The notes under the pieces were generated by a model, which made no database searches, was not told the DNA's origin, and saw nothing but the letters and a program-made list of their open reading frames with translations. A stretch of DNA of 64,000 bases from a virus (lineage: Duplodnaviria; Heunggongvirae; Uroviricota; Caudoviricetes): the IMG/VR virus record IMGVR_UViG_3300005264_000029, positions 1-64,000 of that record; one strand, written 5' to 3'. Below are positions 16,354-26,072 of the stretch, piece by piece; the stretch's first letter is position 1, and each line of letters starts with the position of its first letter. Made by a program: the position numbers and the translations under genes.

Positions 16354-18042
16354 ATGGTATTCAAGAAAAAAGTAAAAGAAGAAGTTATTGTAGATCCTAT
16401 GTCAAGTAGTCCATTTGATAATATGAAGGAACCAAATGTTCCAAAGATTAATACTGAGTCTGTAGAAAAACCTATAGAAGAGATTAAAATAAAAGACCCT
16501 GTTGAAACACCAATTGAAAAACCTATAACTATTAAAAAATCTGATGAAGTTATAGAACCAAAAATAACAATTAATTCTGCAGCAAATATTGAGGAATCTC
16601 TTGAAGAGGTTGATGGTGATGAAACTGTCGAGATGTCTGAGGAGGAATTCGAAAAATTGAAAGCCTCAGGTGAACTAGGTGAGATAGAAGAAGATAATGT
16701 TGTTGATGCTTTACAACAAGGAGAGGAAAATATTGAGGAACTTAAAGGTAAATTGGAAAGACAAAAATTAGCAGATGATGTTAATGAAGGAACCTTTAAA
16801 CCTGATAAAATTATTGAACCTAAAACTACTCCTAATGTAGAATCTAATATTCCATCACAAGAAGAACTGATTGATATTATTAAAAAACAAGAAGCGCATA
16901 ATATTCAAATGCAAGAAGCCATGGTTCAGCAACAGCAATCGATGCAAACTATGAGGGCAAAAGAAGTTGGAAAGGTACAACCAGTAAATAATACATACAA
17001 CGGTAGAAATATGCCATCAGCTCCAGATAGAATCGATGATAGTAATGGACCAATGCCAGGAGCTAAACCAAAATCTAAATGGAATATTTTATCCAAATTA
17101 AAAAATGATGGTACTCAAATTCCGAAAGTTATACCTCAAGGACAAAATATAAATAGTTCTGATTTAGTTGGTGGTGGACAAGAGAAAGCAATTAAAGCAA
17201 AGAAAGACTTTGATATTATTTGGAAAATAACTACAGGAGTATTTGGATTTTCCACAGTTGGATTACTTGGTGGAATGTTTATGTTTAATGGATCTATGGT
17301 ATGGATTGGTGGAACATTCACATTTTTTATATTGTTCTTATTGATGTTTGGATTTATTATGTATCTTGGAAAAAAGACTCATGCTATGCTTGAGTTTAAG
17401 GCTATGGTTACAGGTAAACCTATTTCATTATTCTTTACCGACCATAAAAGAATTGATTGGAAAGTTATTGAACCCGAGGGAAACATTTTAGTTGATGAAC
17501 AATATGGAGCTTTCTTAGTAAATGAAAAAGGTGCTTATGTAGATCAGAAAACTAAAAATGTATTCTTAGCATTCAATCCGGCAATTGGATCTAATGCAGC
17601 AGTTGAGTGTTTTAAAATTACTGATGTATTATCGAAAGTACTTAGAGATGAAAAATATCTTGCAGAGATTAGAGAAGCTTTATTACATGGTGAATTAGCT
17701 GGAGAAGATATCGTATTTCAAATTAATGGTAAGGAAGAAAGATTAAAGAGATTTGATAAGCTTAAAGAGAATGTTGATTTCTCACATTTAAAATCAATAC
17801 TTAATACATTAATTCCACATGCAATTAATTCAAAAATTGAAATGACTGTGCAGCAAAGAATGGGTGGAGCTTCAAAAATAAATACAGCACAAATTATACT
17901 TGTGGCGCTATCTATAATTATGGCTGGAGGATTTGTTATCATGATGCTTAACATGTATGGTGGAGGTGGAGGTACAACAACTATAGTTAAAGAAGTTGCA
18001 GCACCAGTAGCAGCTCAAGCAGCATCAACAATAGCAGGATAA
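16354..18042 (+). CDS. large membrane protein: acidic N-terminal region, central TM cluster, C-terminal TM and Gly-rich tail
   Basis: ORF track 562 aa; hydrophobic 'GVFGFSTVGLLGGMFMF...FILFLLMFGFIMYLG'. Confidence 0.55.
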   Translation: MVFKKKVKEEVIVDPMSSSPFDNMKEPNVPKINTESVEKPIEEIKIKDPVETPIEKPITIKKSDEVIEPKITINSAANIEESLEEVDGDETVEMSEEEFEKLKASGELGEIEEDNVVDALQQGEENIEELKGKLERQKLADDVNEGTFKPDKIIEPKTTPNVESNIPSQEELIDIIKKQEAHNIQMQEAMVQQQQSMQTMRAKEVGKVQPVNNTYNGRNMPSAPDRIDDSNGPMPGAKPKSKWNILSKLKNDGTQIPKVIPQGQNINSSDLVGGGQEKAIKAKKDFDIIWKITTGVFGFSTVGLLGGMFMFNGSMVWIGGTFTFFILFLLMFGFIMYLGKKTHAMLEFKAMVTGKPISLFFTDHKRIDWKVIEPEGNILVDEQYGAFLVNEKGAYVDQKTKNVFLAFNPAIGSNAAVECFKITDVLSKVLRDEKYLAEIREALLHGELAGEDIVFQINGKEERLKRFDKLKENVDFSHLKSILNTLIPHAINSKIEMTVQQRMGGASKINTAQIILVALSIIMAGGFVIMMLNMYGGGGGTTTIVKEVAAPVAAQAASTIAG

Positions 18043-18104
18043 ATAAAATGAACGAAGAGAATTTTAATTTACCGACTGAAGTGCAACGAAAGGAGGATAA
18101 ATAA

Positions 18105-18797
18105 ATGGCAGCAACAGGAAATAATAGTTGGAAAAATTACTCGGCAAATTATGCATCGACAGGTCAAGAGATTAAATCTCATTCATCTGTTTTATTTAAT
18201 GAAAGACTTAATGCTTTATTTATGATGTATGATACCGAGGTTATTGATTTAGATATTAAACCAGACGTTAAAAAGATACTTAGAGCTAGATCATTACTTT
18301 CAACCATTTGGAGAAATGTTAGACCTATCATATCTAATAATCCAAAGGCTAGACATATTATGAGTATGAATACTAAACACGATGGAGTGTATACTCCTGA
18401 TATGGGGTTTAGTCATATACAAGAATGTATAGCTGAAATGGTAATTCAAAATGATTATGCATATCCAAAATTAATGTATACTATACAACAGATACAAAAT
18501 ATTGAAACAATAATCAGAGAGGTTATGCAGTTTTTCAGTTACTTCATTAGACAAGACTCATCACAGAAACCTGATATTAATGTGGCATCACAGAAATACC
18601 AGAAGATGGCAGACGAGAAAACGGTTGAAGAATTTAGAGATACACTTGGTGATAGAACACAAATCGCCGATGAATCTCATGAGAAGCCTGTAGGTGATGA
18701 GTTTTTTGATGATATGTCAGATTACTTATTATCTGACAAATCGCAGGATGAAGACGATATAAAATTTGCAAATGATACACACGGTGAAACAAAATGA
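18105..18797 (+). CDS. hypothetical protein (230 aa), acidic C-terminus
   Basis: ORF track; 'AGGAGGATAAATAAATGG' SD. Confidence 0.55.
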   Translation: MAATGNNSWKNYSANYASTGQEIKSHSSVLFNERLNALFMMYDTEVIDLDIKPDVKKILRARSLLSTIWRNVRPIISNNPKARHIMSMNTKHDGVYTPDMGFSHIQECIAEMVIQNDYAYPKLMYTIQQIQNIETIIREVMQFFSYFIRQDSSQKPDINVASQKYQKMADEKTVEEFRDTLGDRTQIADESHEKPVGDEFFDDMSDYLLSDKSQDEDDIKFANDTHGETK

Positions 18798-19174
18798 ATA
18801 ACTCAATATATATTAGTAAGCTTTCAGGCATAACTATACCTGAGAAACAATGGAAACTTATGACAAGTGAAGAGAAAATAGAATATGAAACTAGATATAG
18901 TTTTAATCTGGGAGTTAATCTTGGAATAATAAGTAATTTTATTTTAACAACTGCTGTCGTAATGATGTCGTACGCTGTATTAATATTACAACAACCTGAG
19001 AACTTACAGGATTTAGCAACGATAGGGAACTCTCTTGCCTTATTAATAAAGGCTATTTGGATAGTAGTTTTATCTATGATATCAATTGAATTAGTTACAA
19101 CACTTTGGAGATTTTATAAGTTATTGAATTGGAAAAAGACTCTTAATTTGAAAGATAGAGAGGATGATAAATAA
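18794..19174 (+). CDS. membrane protein (126 aa)
   Basis: ORF track; ATGA overlap. Confidence 0.5.
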   Translation: MNNSIYISKLSGITIPEKQWKLMTSEEKIEYETRYSFNLGVNLGIISNFILTTAVVMMSYAVLILQQPENLQDLATIGNSLALLIKAIWIVVLSMISIELVTTLWRFYKLLNWKKTLNLKDREDDK

Positions 19175-19175
19175 A

Positions 19176-19232
19176 ATGGTAATGAAGATCGAGAATGAAG
19201 TTCGAGTTCTGAATGGAGTGGTAGCGAAATGA
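19176..19232 (+). CDS. 18-aa leader mini-ORF (MVMKIENEVRVLNGVVAK) overlapping next gene start by ATGA
   Basis: paralog of 3625..3681. Confidence 0.25.
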   Translation: MVMKIENEVRVLNGVVAK

Positions 19233-19471
19233 AGACAAAAACAATAACAATTAGAAAAATTAAAAGGTCGTCAAAGCCAGTTAATGTTAATCCTGGAATA
19301 GTAACTATGAAAGCTGAGAAGTCTCCTAAATTACTGCGTAAGAGTAATGCAAAGCCTATAAAGAAAACAACTAAGTTGAAAGTAAAGAAATGTAAGCCGG
19401 CAAAGAAACTTAAAAAATCATTAGTATCTGCAGGTAATAAATTTAAAAAGGCTATACTTTCAAAAATTTAA
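19229..19471 (+). CDS. highly basic Lys-rich small protein (80 aa), probable DNA-binding protein
   Basis: about 35% K/R: 'KPIKKTTKLKVKKCKPAKKLKK'. Confidence 0.5.
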   Translation: MKTKTITIRKIKRSSKPVNVNPGIVTMKAEKSPKLLRKSNAKPIKKTTKLKVKKCKPAKKLKKSLVSAGNKFKKAILSKI

Positions 19472-19473
19472 AA

Positions 19474-19716
19474 ATGGAATCTATAAAAAAATCAAAATCT
19501 GATATGTTAGAAATATCTGTACCAAAGGAATGGATACAATCATTTATTACTGCAGGACAAAACTATCAGAACAGAATTGAGTATTTAGAAAGAGAAGAAA
19601 AAATATCAGCATATAAATTGCAACGTATTAGGGACACTACAATGTACGACCTTGAAGCTGGAATGGAATATTTTAGAACTTTATTAGGAGTTACAAAACA
19701 AGAGGATACCGAATAG
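19474..19716 (+). CDS. hypothetical protein (80 aa)
   Basis: ORF track; abuts integrase start. Confidence 0.45.
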   Translation: MESIKKSKSDMLEISVPKEWIQSFITAGQNYQNRIEYLEREEKISAYKLQRIRDTTMYDLEAGMEYFRTLLGVTKQEDTE

Positions 19717-20661
19717 ATGTCTGCATTTGGAGAGATAGGAGAAGTATCTGTACTTATTGATTATGAGGAATATATGAAACGTCTTGGTCACAAACCATCA
19801 TATATATATCCTTCAATGGTGGCACTGCGATGTTTCGTAAAGGAAGGATATAATTGGGAGAAGTATGAAGACTATAATAGATTCTTAATAAAACACACCG
19901 TTAATAAAAGATCTACTGCTTACTTTGATGTATTAAAGAAATTTGTTAAATGGAAATTTAAGGAAGATAGAGAATTAAAAAATATAGTACTTGAATCTAT
20001 TCAGATGACAGGTAAAAAAGCTAGAGATCCTAAACCAAGAAACTCTATAATTACCGAAGCTGAACAAATGAGAATAATTCAAAACATAAAAACACCAAAA
20101 CATCAATTAATAGCATGGCTTCAAAAAGAATCAGGTGTTCGTGCCGGTGATGTACTTCGTACTTTAAAAGATAATTTTAAAATGGGAATGTATACTGATG
20201 ATGATGGCAGTGTGAGAAAAGTAATGGATATTGTATTTGTTAAGAAAGGTGACAGAGTTGCAAAGATTCCTATTTTTAATCCACATTTAATTCAATACTT
20301 AAAAGTACATTTAGAAAATTTAGATGGTGATGAAGATCTAGCGTTTATTAATAGAGATGTTGTTAGTAAAAAAAATAAAGATAATGAATATGCACTTATT
20401 CGTAGAAACTATAATTTATATCATGCTGATCTGAAACAAGCTTGTGATGATCTTGGATATGACTCAGGACAATTCTCAACTCACGATTGGAGAAGAAATT
20501 TTGCAAATAGAATTTGGGTTGATGTTCTTAAGAAAAATGATATCGTGGCACTCCAACGTGCGATGGGTCATTCACAAGTTGAAACAACGGCAATCTATTT
20601 AAGACAATCAGGATTACAAAGTAGAGATATATACAAACAGTCATATGATTTATCTAAATAA
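19717..20661 (+). CDS. int: tyrosine recombinase/integrase (XerC/D-like)
   Basis: 'GVRAGDVLRTL' (Arg-I), 'THDWRRNFA' (H-x-x-R), 'GHSQVETTAIYLR' (catalytic Tyr). Confidence 0.8.
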   Translation: MSAFGEIGEVSVLIDYEEYMKRLGHKPSYIYPSMVALRCFVKEGYNWEKYEDYNRFLIKHTVNKRSTAYFDVLKKFVKWKFKEDRELKNIVLESIQMTGKKARDPKPRNSIITEAEQMRIIQNIKTPKHQLIAWLQKESGVRAGDVLRTLKDNFKMGMYTDDDGSVRKVMDIVFVKKGDRVAKIPIFNPHLIQYLKVHLENLDGDEDLAFINRDVVSKKNKDNEYALIRRNYNLYHADLKQACDDLGYDSGQFSTHDWRRNFANRIWVDVLKKNDIVALQRAMGHSQVETTAIYLRQSGLQSRDIYKQSYDLSK

Positions 20662-20679
20662 TTATAATTATTTAGATAA
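20650..20679. repeat. 30-bp perfect palindrome TTATCTAAATAATTA|TAATTATTTAGATAA overlapping integrase stop codon
   Basis: checked base by base; 'GATTTATCTAAATAATTA' repeated at 20706-20723. Confidence 0.85.
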
Positions 20680-20746
20680 TCCAAACGAAGTGTTAGCGAA
20701 GTGCAGATTTATCTAAATAATTAATGTAATTAGTACATAATAAAAA

Positions 20747-20929
20747 ATGGGATATAAAAAAGGACATAAAGGATTTACAGGAACAAAGATAAAATCACCT
20801 ATGCAAAAATTGGTTGATGAATTTAATAGCTTGAAACAAAAAAATTCAAGAAAACATGAAATATATTTAGAGATTATGAAACTTGATGCTGAATTACAAA
20901 ATAATAAAAAAACAGTGGCAGCTAATTAA
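20747..20929 (+). CDS. hypothetical protein (60 aa)
   Basis: ORF track. Confidence 0.35.
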   Translation: MGYKKGHKGFTGTKIKSPMQKLVDEFNSLKQKNSRKHEIYLEIMKLDAELQNNKKTVAAN

Positions 20930-21098
20930 TATTTTAGGGTCTTATGATATAACTTTTTAAAAAAGTCTTCTAATATAGGCTCTAATTAATTCTATATATG
21001 TGAATATATTATCATACATTTCTAAACCATTAAATTCGAGTAGTACAAAGGTTTTAGTATAATCTAAATATATTACATTACACCAACAATAGATAACA

Positions 21099-21120
21099 AA
21101 AGGTTTATAAAGTATTAAGT
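21099..21120 (+). promoter_or_regulatory. class-A promoter 'AAAGGTTTATAAAGTATTAAGT'
   Basis: motif match. Confidence 0.45.
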
Positions 21121-21409
21121 GTTTATAATATATAACATGGTAAATACTGTTATAGAAGAAAAGAAAGATTTAATTAAATTTAATAGCGAGAATAAAAAAG
21201 ATCTAATGAGATTTGGATTAGATATGTTTATTGAGAAACAAAAAATTATGAAAGAGAACACTGCATATTTATGGGACCTAAAAAATAAATTTCAAGATAA
21301 GGTACAAAGAGATCAAACTCAAAAAATGCATTTAGCATATCAATTAAAATATGGTAACAAAGATATGATTGGAAGTGAACGTAGTGTTGGAAGACCTAAG
21401 AAGAAATAA
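21119..21409 (+). CDS. hypothetical protein with AT-hook-like C-terminus 'SVGRPKKK'
   Basis: ORF track; GRP core. Confidence 0.45.
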   Translation: MFIIYNMVNTVIEEKKDLIKFNSENKKDLMRFGLDMFIEKQKIMKENTAYLWDLKNKFQDKVQRDQTQKMHLAYQLKYGNKDMIGSERSVGRPKKK

Positions 21410-21415
21410 TTATAA

Positions 21416-21589
21416 ATGGCTCTAGTCAAATGTGATTTATGTAAAGTCAAGCAATCATTTGCTTTCTGTTATATTTTTAAATGTATTAAATGCGAACACC
21501 ACAAATTCGAATACGAAGGAGAAATTTATAGAAGTGGTCATGATGGTGGTAAGCATTATTCAAAAGAATGTGAAAAAGATGAAATTTGA
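21416..21589 (+). CDS. small Cys/His-rich zinc-finger protein (58 aa)
   Basis: 'CDLCKVKQSFAFCYIFKCIKCEHH'; frame differs from track ORF 21432. Confidence 0.3.
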   Translation: MALVKCDLCKVKQSFAFCYIFKCIKCEHHKFEYEGEIYRSGHDGGKHYSKECEKDEI

Positions 21590-21923
21590 TATAACTAAAC
21601 TATTTAGAAAATCTGAATATGAAAAGGAAATCGAAATAGAAAAAAGAATTAAACGTGAGTACTTAAATGTTGCATATAATATTTTAGATAATGATGATTT
21701 TAGAAAAATATACAAACATATTCGAGGGAGTGATGAAATAGAAATTGATAATTTATTATCCACCTCTATAAAAACAATAACTAATAAAGAATTAAGATAT
21801 TGGTATTTTTATATATTATATAATTTAAATGATTTTCAACTTGATGAATTATATGATGCCACAAAATATATAGTTAAAGAGAATAATATAAAAGTCGAAG
21901 ATTCTAATAAGGAAATTAAATAA
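21577..21923 (+). CDS. hypothetical protein starting 'MKFD...' (115 aa)
   Basis: 3' part of track ORF 21432..21923; MKFD start shared with 22877 and 23173 genes. Confidence 0.4.
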
Positions 21924-21930
21924 TATAAAA

Positions 21931-22161
21931 ATGGGAAAAGAAATGATAATTGTAACTCCAGAATTTCTAGAAGAAATATCGATGCATATGACACATGGAA
22001 TATTATGTGATAAAAAAGTACGTAAACCTAATGGAAGTATTGATGGTGAATTAGTTAATAAATATATTTTAGAAAAACTAAAGAAAGTTTATATTTTGAA
22101 AGTTTATATTTTAGGAGCTAAAGATAAGAACATTTCAATTAATAAAAATGAAATCAAATAA
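21931..22161 (+). CDS. hypothetical protein (76 aa)
   Basis: ORF track. Confidence 0.4.
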   Translation: MGKEMIIVTPEFLEEISMHMTHGILCDKKVRKPNGSIDGELVNKYILEKLKKVYILKVYILGAKDKNISINKNEIK

Positions 22162-22531
22162 GATACTAACAATAAAAGATCAGATTGGATATGTAGCAAG
22201 TATATATGGATCTGATGATCATGCTGAGCTAGCAGACATATGTAAATCAAAAGATTGCGAACCTATGACTGTAGTAGAACTTGAGGATCTTCAGGATACA
22301 CTTAATAATTTTCTTATCGATTACTGGAGAGAAAGTCATGAAGGTGATAAGTATAAACAATATATTAGCTGTGATGATTTAGATTACTTGGTTAATAAAC
22401 ATTTTGGAGCAATCATAGATATTAAGACTCTCCAGGAACTTGAAAACCCTTTTCCAGTCCCTGCTGAATGTGATTATAGTAATTTAGATGGTAAATGTAA
22501 AAATTGCCATGATAAAAAAGAAAATGAATAA
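22148..22531 (+). CDS. hypothetical acidic protein (127 aa)
   Basis: ORF track. Confidence 0.45.
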   Translation: MKSNKILTIKDQIGYVASIYGSDDHAELADICKSKDCEPMTVVELEDLQDTLNNFLIDYWRESHEGDKYKQYISCDDLDYLVNKHFGAIIDIKTLQELENPFPVPAECDYSNLDGKCKNCHDKKENE

Positions 22532-22844
22532 TACAAAAGAAGAATTTATAGAAGATACTAAAGGTCTAAAAGTACTATGTGCTCGAATCGTTAAAGGTGA
22601 TAGTACATATCAAGATGAAGACGAATGTAAGACATATATTCTAAAACAAGGGTACACTAAAGAAGAATATAATATCTTTTTAGAATCGCTAAATTTTACA
22701 TATGATGATGGTTATGGTGGACAAGAGCTGTTTGGAATTATATGGTGTGAAGACAGTACTTGGTTATCAAGAGGAGAATACGATGGCTCTGAATGGTGGG
22801 AAGTAAATAAATATCCTGAAATTAGTAATGATATGAAAAGATGA
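22521..22844 (+). CDS. hypothetical protein (107 aa)
   Basis: track ORF 22488; ATG 22521 gives ATGA-style junction. Confidence 0.4.
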   Translation, partial: KMNNTKEEFIEDTKGLKVLCARIVKGDSTYQDEDECKTYILKQGYTKEEYNIFLESLNFTYDDGYGGQELFGIIWCEDSTWLSRGEYDGSEWWEVNKYPEISNDMKR

Positions 22845-22876
22845 AAATGACTTACAACCTAAAGGATATAAGATAA

Positions 22877-23146
22877 ATGAAATTCGATATAAAAAAATTA
22901 AAAAAAGAATACGATAATACAGGTAAGGAATCTATAAATGATGTTATTAATAAAAATGCCAAGCAAATCTTAGAAGATTATGATGAGTATTATGACGATG
23001 TAAAATATGCAATATTAGTTAGAGCTATTCAGATCATGCAAGAGAGCAATACAAGATATGCTGTTTATGATAAGGTAGATAAAGTCTTTAAAGATAATAG
23101 TGAGAATAACTTGAAAAAGGTTTTAGAAATACTTTCAGATAAATGA
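22877..23146 (+). CDS. hypothetical protein (89 aa), paralog pair with next
   Basis: 44-bp leader identical to that of 23173 gene. Confidence 0.45.
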   Translation: MKFDIKKLKKEYDNTGKESINDVINKNAKQILEDYDEYYDDVKYAILVRAIQIMQESNTRYAVYDKVDKVFKDNSENNLKKVLEILSDK

Positions 23147-23172
23147 CTTACAACCTAAAGGATATAAGATAA

Positions 23173-23394
23173 ATGAAATTCGATAAATTACCAATAGAAA
23201 ATCTAGTAGAGATCGATGTATCAGATATGAAAGATAAACTGCTTCATAGTGATAGCTGGGATAAAATAGTATCTATTCGAGATTACTGTGATGAGTTACT
23301 AGAACACTCAGACGATGAATATCCGAGACCTAAAACTATGAACCAGACTATTAACTATATCATAAATAAGCTAGAGGATATGAGAGACGAATGA
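23173..23394 (+). CDS. hypothetical protein (73 aa)
   Basis: duplicated leader 23141-23185. Confidence 0.45.
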   Translation: MKFDKLPIENLVEIDVSDMKDKLLHSDSWDKIVSIRDYCDELLEHSDDEYPRPKTMNQTINYIINKLEDMRDE

Positions 23395-23397
23395 AAT

Positions 23398-23835
23398 ATG
23401 AAGTGTCTAAATTATAAGTGTAATATTGAATTTGAAAAGGAACATAAGAATCATAACTTCTGCTGTATTGGATGTAGACGTAGACAATACTATCAGGATA
23501 ATATAGTTGCTATGAAGGCCCAGCATAAGGCGGATCGTATTAAACATTTAGATAGATTCATGGCTCGTGATAAAAGATATAGAGAATCTAATCGAGAGAA
23601 ACTGCGTCTTAGAAGTCTTGTATATGAAATTGAGAATAGAGAGAAACGAAGATTGAAATCGAAGAAGTATCATAAGACTCATAAAGAGCATGGGAAAGCT
23701 TACGCAGTAGAATACTATCAGAATAATAAAAAGACTCTATGTTTACAGTCTAAACTATTTTCTAGATATAATCTATCTGTACCTATGAAAGAGATAGAAT
23801 CAGATTATTCTAAGTATGAAGCGATGTGTTTATGA
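23398..23835 (+). CDS. FCS-type zinc-finger protein, basic (145 aa)
   Basis: 'CLNYKCN...FCCIGCRRRQYY'. Confidence 0.5.
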   Translation: MKCLNYKCNIEFEKEHKNHNFCCIGCRRRQYYQDNIVAMKAQHKADRIKHLDRFMARDKRYRESNREKLRLRSLVYEIENREKRRLKSKKYHKTHKEHGKAYAVEYYQNNKKTLCLQSKLFSRYNLSVPMKEIESDYSKYEAMCL

Positions 23836-23850
23836 ATTTAGTAATTAAAA

Positions 23851-24588
23851 ATGTATGTTAAGAAAATTAAAAAAAATAAAGTATGTATAGTATGTAATGA
23901 GAAATTCATAGCTGCTAGAAGTGACACAAAAGCATGTTCTAAAAAATGTAGATCTAAAAAATATGTTGATAGTAATAAAGATAAGATTAAACAATATAAT
24001 GCCGATCATAGTATGAAACATAGAAAATATATGAAACAATATAGGATAGATAATCGTGATAAGATTAAACAATATAATATAGATAATTCTGAACATATTA
24101 AAGTATATAGAAAACAATATAGAGCAGATCATATAGAACAAACAAAAGCGTATAAAAAACAATATAATATAGATAATGCCGAGAGTATTAAAGAATATAG
24201 AAAACAATATAGAGCCGAATACGGTGAGTGGCTCAAGGCGCAAAGTAAAATATATTATAGAGAAAACATAGAACAGTTCAAACAGTATGCTATAGATAAT
24301 TCTGAGGGTATTAAAGAATATCAAAAACAATATTATATCAAATATAAATGTATTATTAATAGTAATAGAAATCTATATTATAACTTAAATTCTGATCGTG
24401 AAAGGTTTTATAGTTCATTATATAATAAGACTCATAAACAGGAACGCACTATATATAATAAAAAATGGAATACATTAAATAAAAAATATATATCATTATA
24501 TAATAAGATAAAAAATAAAACAGGTGTATCATTACCTATAGTGATGATTCGTGAAGGATATGAAGAACTATCTTCAATACATATATAA
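23851..24588 (+). CDS. FCS-type zinc-finger protein with about 10 tandem 'K(Q/E)YxxDNxExIK' repeats
   Basis: 'CIVCNEKF...ACSKKCRSKKY' then KQY-repeats; C-term 'LPIVMIREGYEELS' shared with 24591 gene. Confidence 0.55.
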   Translation: MYVKKIKKNKVCIVCNEKFIAARSDTKACSKKCRSKKYVDSNKDKIKQYNADHSMKHRKYMKQYRIDNRDKIKQYNIDNSEHIKVYRKQYRADHIEQTKAYKKQYNIDNAESIKEYRKQYRAEYGEWLKAQSKIYYRENIEQFKQYAIDNSEGIKEYQKQYYIKYKCIINSNRNLYYNLNSDRERFYSSLYNKTHKQERTIYNKKWNTLNKKYISLYNKIKNKTGVSLPIVMIREGYEELSSIHI

Positions 24589-24590
24589 AG

Positions 24591-25112
24591 ATGGAATATA
24601 AAAAGATCGAGAAACACAGCGTAGTAAAGATCTGTGAAATATGTGGTAAAGACTTTATAGATGAAACTAAAAGTCACTGTCAGAGAATCTGTGGATCGAG
24701 AACTGAAAGTTCGAGTTCCGATGGAAGCGAAGTGAAAGGAGGGAATAAAGAATGTCAATTAGAAAGAGATAGAAGACGACAGAGAGCATATTATAAATCT
24801 AATGATTCATATGCTGCAAAAGCTAAAAGAGCTACTAAAATCTATTATAAGAATAATACTAAAAAATGTTTAGCATACCAGCAGCTATATAGAATAGAGA
24901 ATCCAGAGGTTATTAAATATCATAATACGAACTGGAATAAAGATAATAGGTCAGAGTATAGTAGAAAATATAATAGATCCTGGAGATTAAAGAATTTAAA
25001 ATATGAACAGTTAAGTGATAAAATAAAATGGAGAATAAAAACTACTATTCCTATAGAAATTATACGTGAGAAATATTCAGAATTATCAGATACATTTATA
25101 AAATCCGCATAA
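24591..25112 (+). CDS. FCS-type zinc-finger protein paralog (173 aa)
   Basis: 'CEICGKDF...HCQRICGS'; C-term 'IPIEIIREKYSELS'. Confidence 0.5.
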   Translation: MEYKKIEKHSVVKICEICGKDFIDETKSHCQRICGSRTESSSSDGSEVKGGNKECQLERDRRRQRAYYKSNDSYAAKAKRATKIYYKNNTKKCLAYQQLYRIENPEVIKYHNTNWNKDNRSEYSRKYNRSWRLKNLKYEQLSDKIKWRIKTTIPIEIIREKYSELSDTFIKSA

Positions 25113-25134
25113 TACAGTAGCATTATGCGGATTT
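25101..25134 (+). terminator. 13-bp perfect stem-loop followed by T-run
   Basis: AAATCCGCATAAT-acagtagc-ATTATGCGGATTT then TTTT; unusually GC-rich. Confidence 0.5.
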
Positions 25135-25148
25135 TATAATATATAAAG

Positions 25149-25310
25149 ATGGAAACTATAACACTAACTGAACACGAAATATGTGAAAAATTAATAGAAT
25201 ATATAGAGGATATGCTTAATGAAAAGAAAAATGACTTTAAGGTAATGAATAAAAATGATAGAGTTATACTTACTGAAGTATGGGAACTTATGAAAAAAAA
25301 AATAAAATAA
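25149..25310 (+). CDS. hypothetical protein (53 aa)
   Basis: ATG-to-stop frame. Confidence 0.3.
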   Translation: METITLTEHEICEKLIEYIEDMLNEKKNDFKVMNKNDRVILTEVWELMKKKIK

Positions 25311-25313
25311 AAG

Positions 25314-25694
25314 ATGGAAGATAATCACGATAACATAATGTATCCGAAAGCATCGAAGACCGAAGGTCTGAGTTGCGATCGAAACGAAGTGAAGAGAGCA
25401 GTTAATAAAAAAGACTGGAAATTAGGTGATAAATTTATTAATGCTAGAAAATATAAATCTGGAGAGGATACATTTATTTACACTATATATCAGTTTCATA
25501 GTGACTGCACTAACTTTATATGTGCTAGATCAGAAGATGATTCATGTGGAATTTTATTTGAACCTGGAGAGATTATACCTATAAATGGAAAAATGTATAT
25601 AGAACTCATGGATACTAGAATAGCTAGAAAGGAACAGGAAGTAGCTGATCTACGAGCTGAGAGAAATGATATATTATATGGATTTAAAAAATGA
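25314..25694 (+). CDS. hypothetical protein (126 aa)
   Basis: ORF track; contains left arm of 58-bp inverted repeat. Confidence 0.45.
   Translation: MEDNHDNIMYPKASKTEGLSCDRNEVKRAVNKKDWKLGDKFINARKYKSGEDTFIYTIYQFHSDCTNFICARSEDDSCGILFEPGEIIPINGKMYIELMDTRIARKEQEVADLRAERNDILYGFKK
25343..25399. repeat. left arm of about 58-bp inverted repeat (partner 26594-26652)
   Basis: reverse complement matches partner with one indel. Confidence 0.8.
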
Positions 25695-25960
25695 TGAAAA
25701 AAATATCATATACGCAGCAGGAATTAAAAAATCATAAGAAAGCATACATATCCATAGCTCTACTTTTCGGTGGGGGAATATTAATAGTCTTTGAAAGTAT
25801 GTGGACATTTACTATCGGATGGTTCTCTATATGTCTAAGTTGGTTTCTTATTGCAGCTACAGCATACTCGCATGGATGGGAATTAAAAAGAATATCCGAG
25901 CACGAAGTGCGAGATTATGACCGTAGCGAAGTGGAGAGAATAAGTATGGATGATGACTAA
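25691..25960 (+). CDS. membrane protein (89 aa)
   Basis: ORF track; two TM helices. Confidence 0.45.
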   Translation: MMKKISYTQQELKNHKKAYISIALLFGGGILIVFESMWTFTIGWFSICLSWFLIAATAYSHGWELKRISEHEVRDYDRSEVERISMDDD

Positions 25961-26072
25961 TATCTTAATTACATATACTTCTTTCATTTCGCTACGTTGC
26001 ACTACACTCGTGAATATTATTAAAGCTAACGCTTTAATTACATATATAAATTATTAACCATATATAATATAT

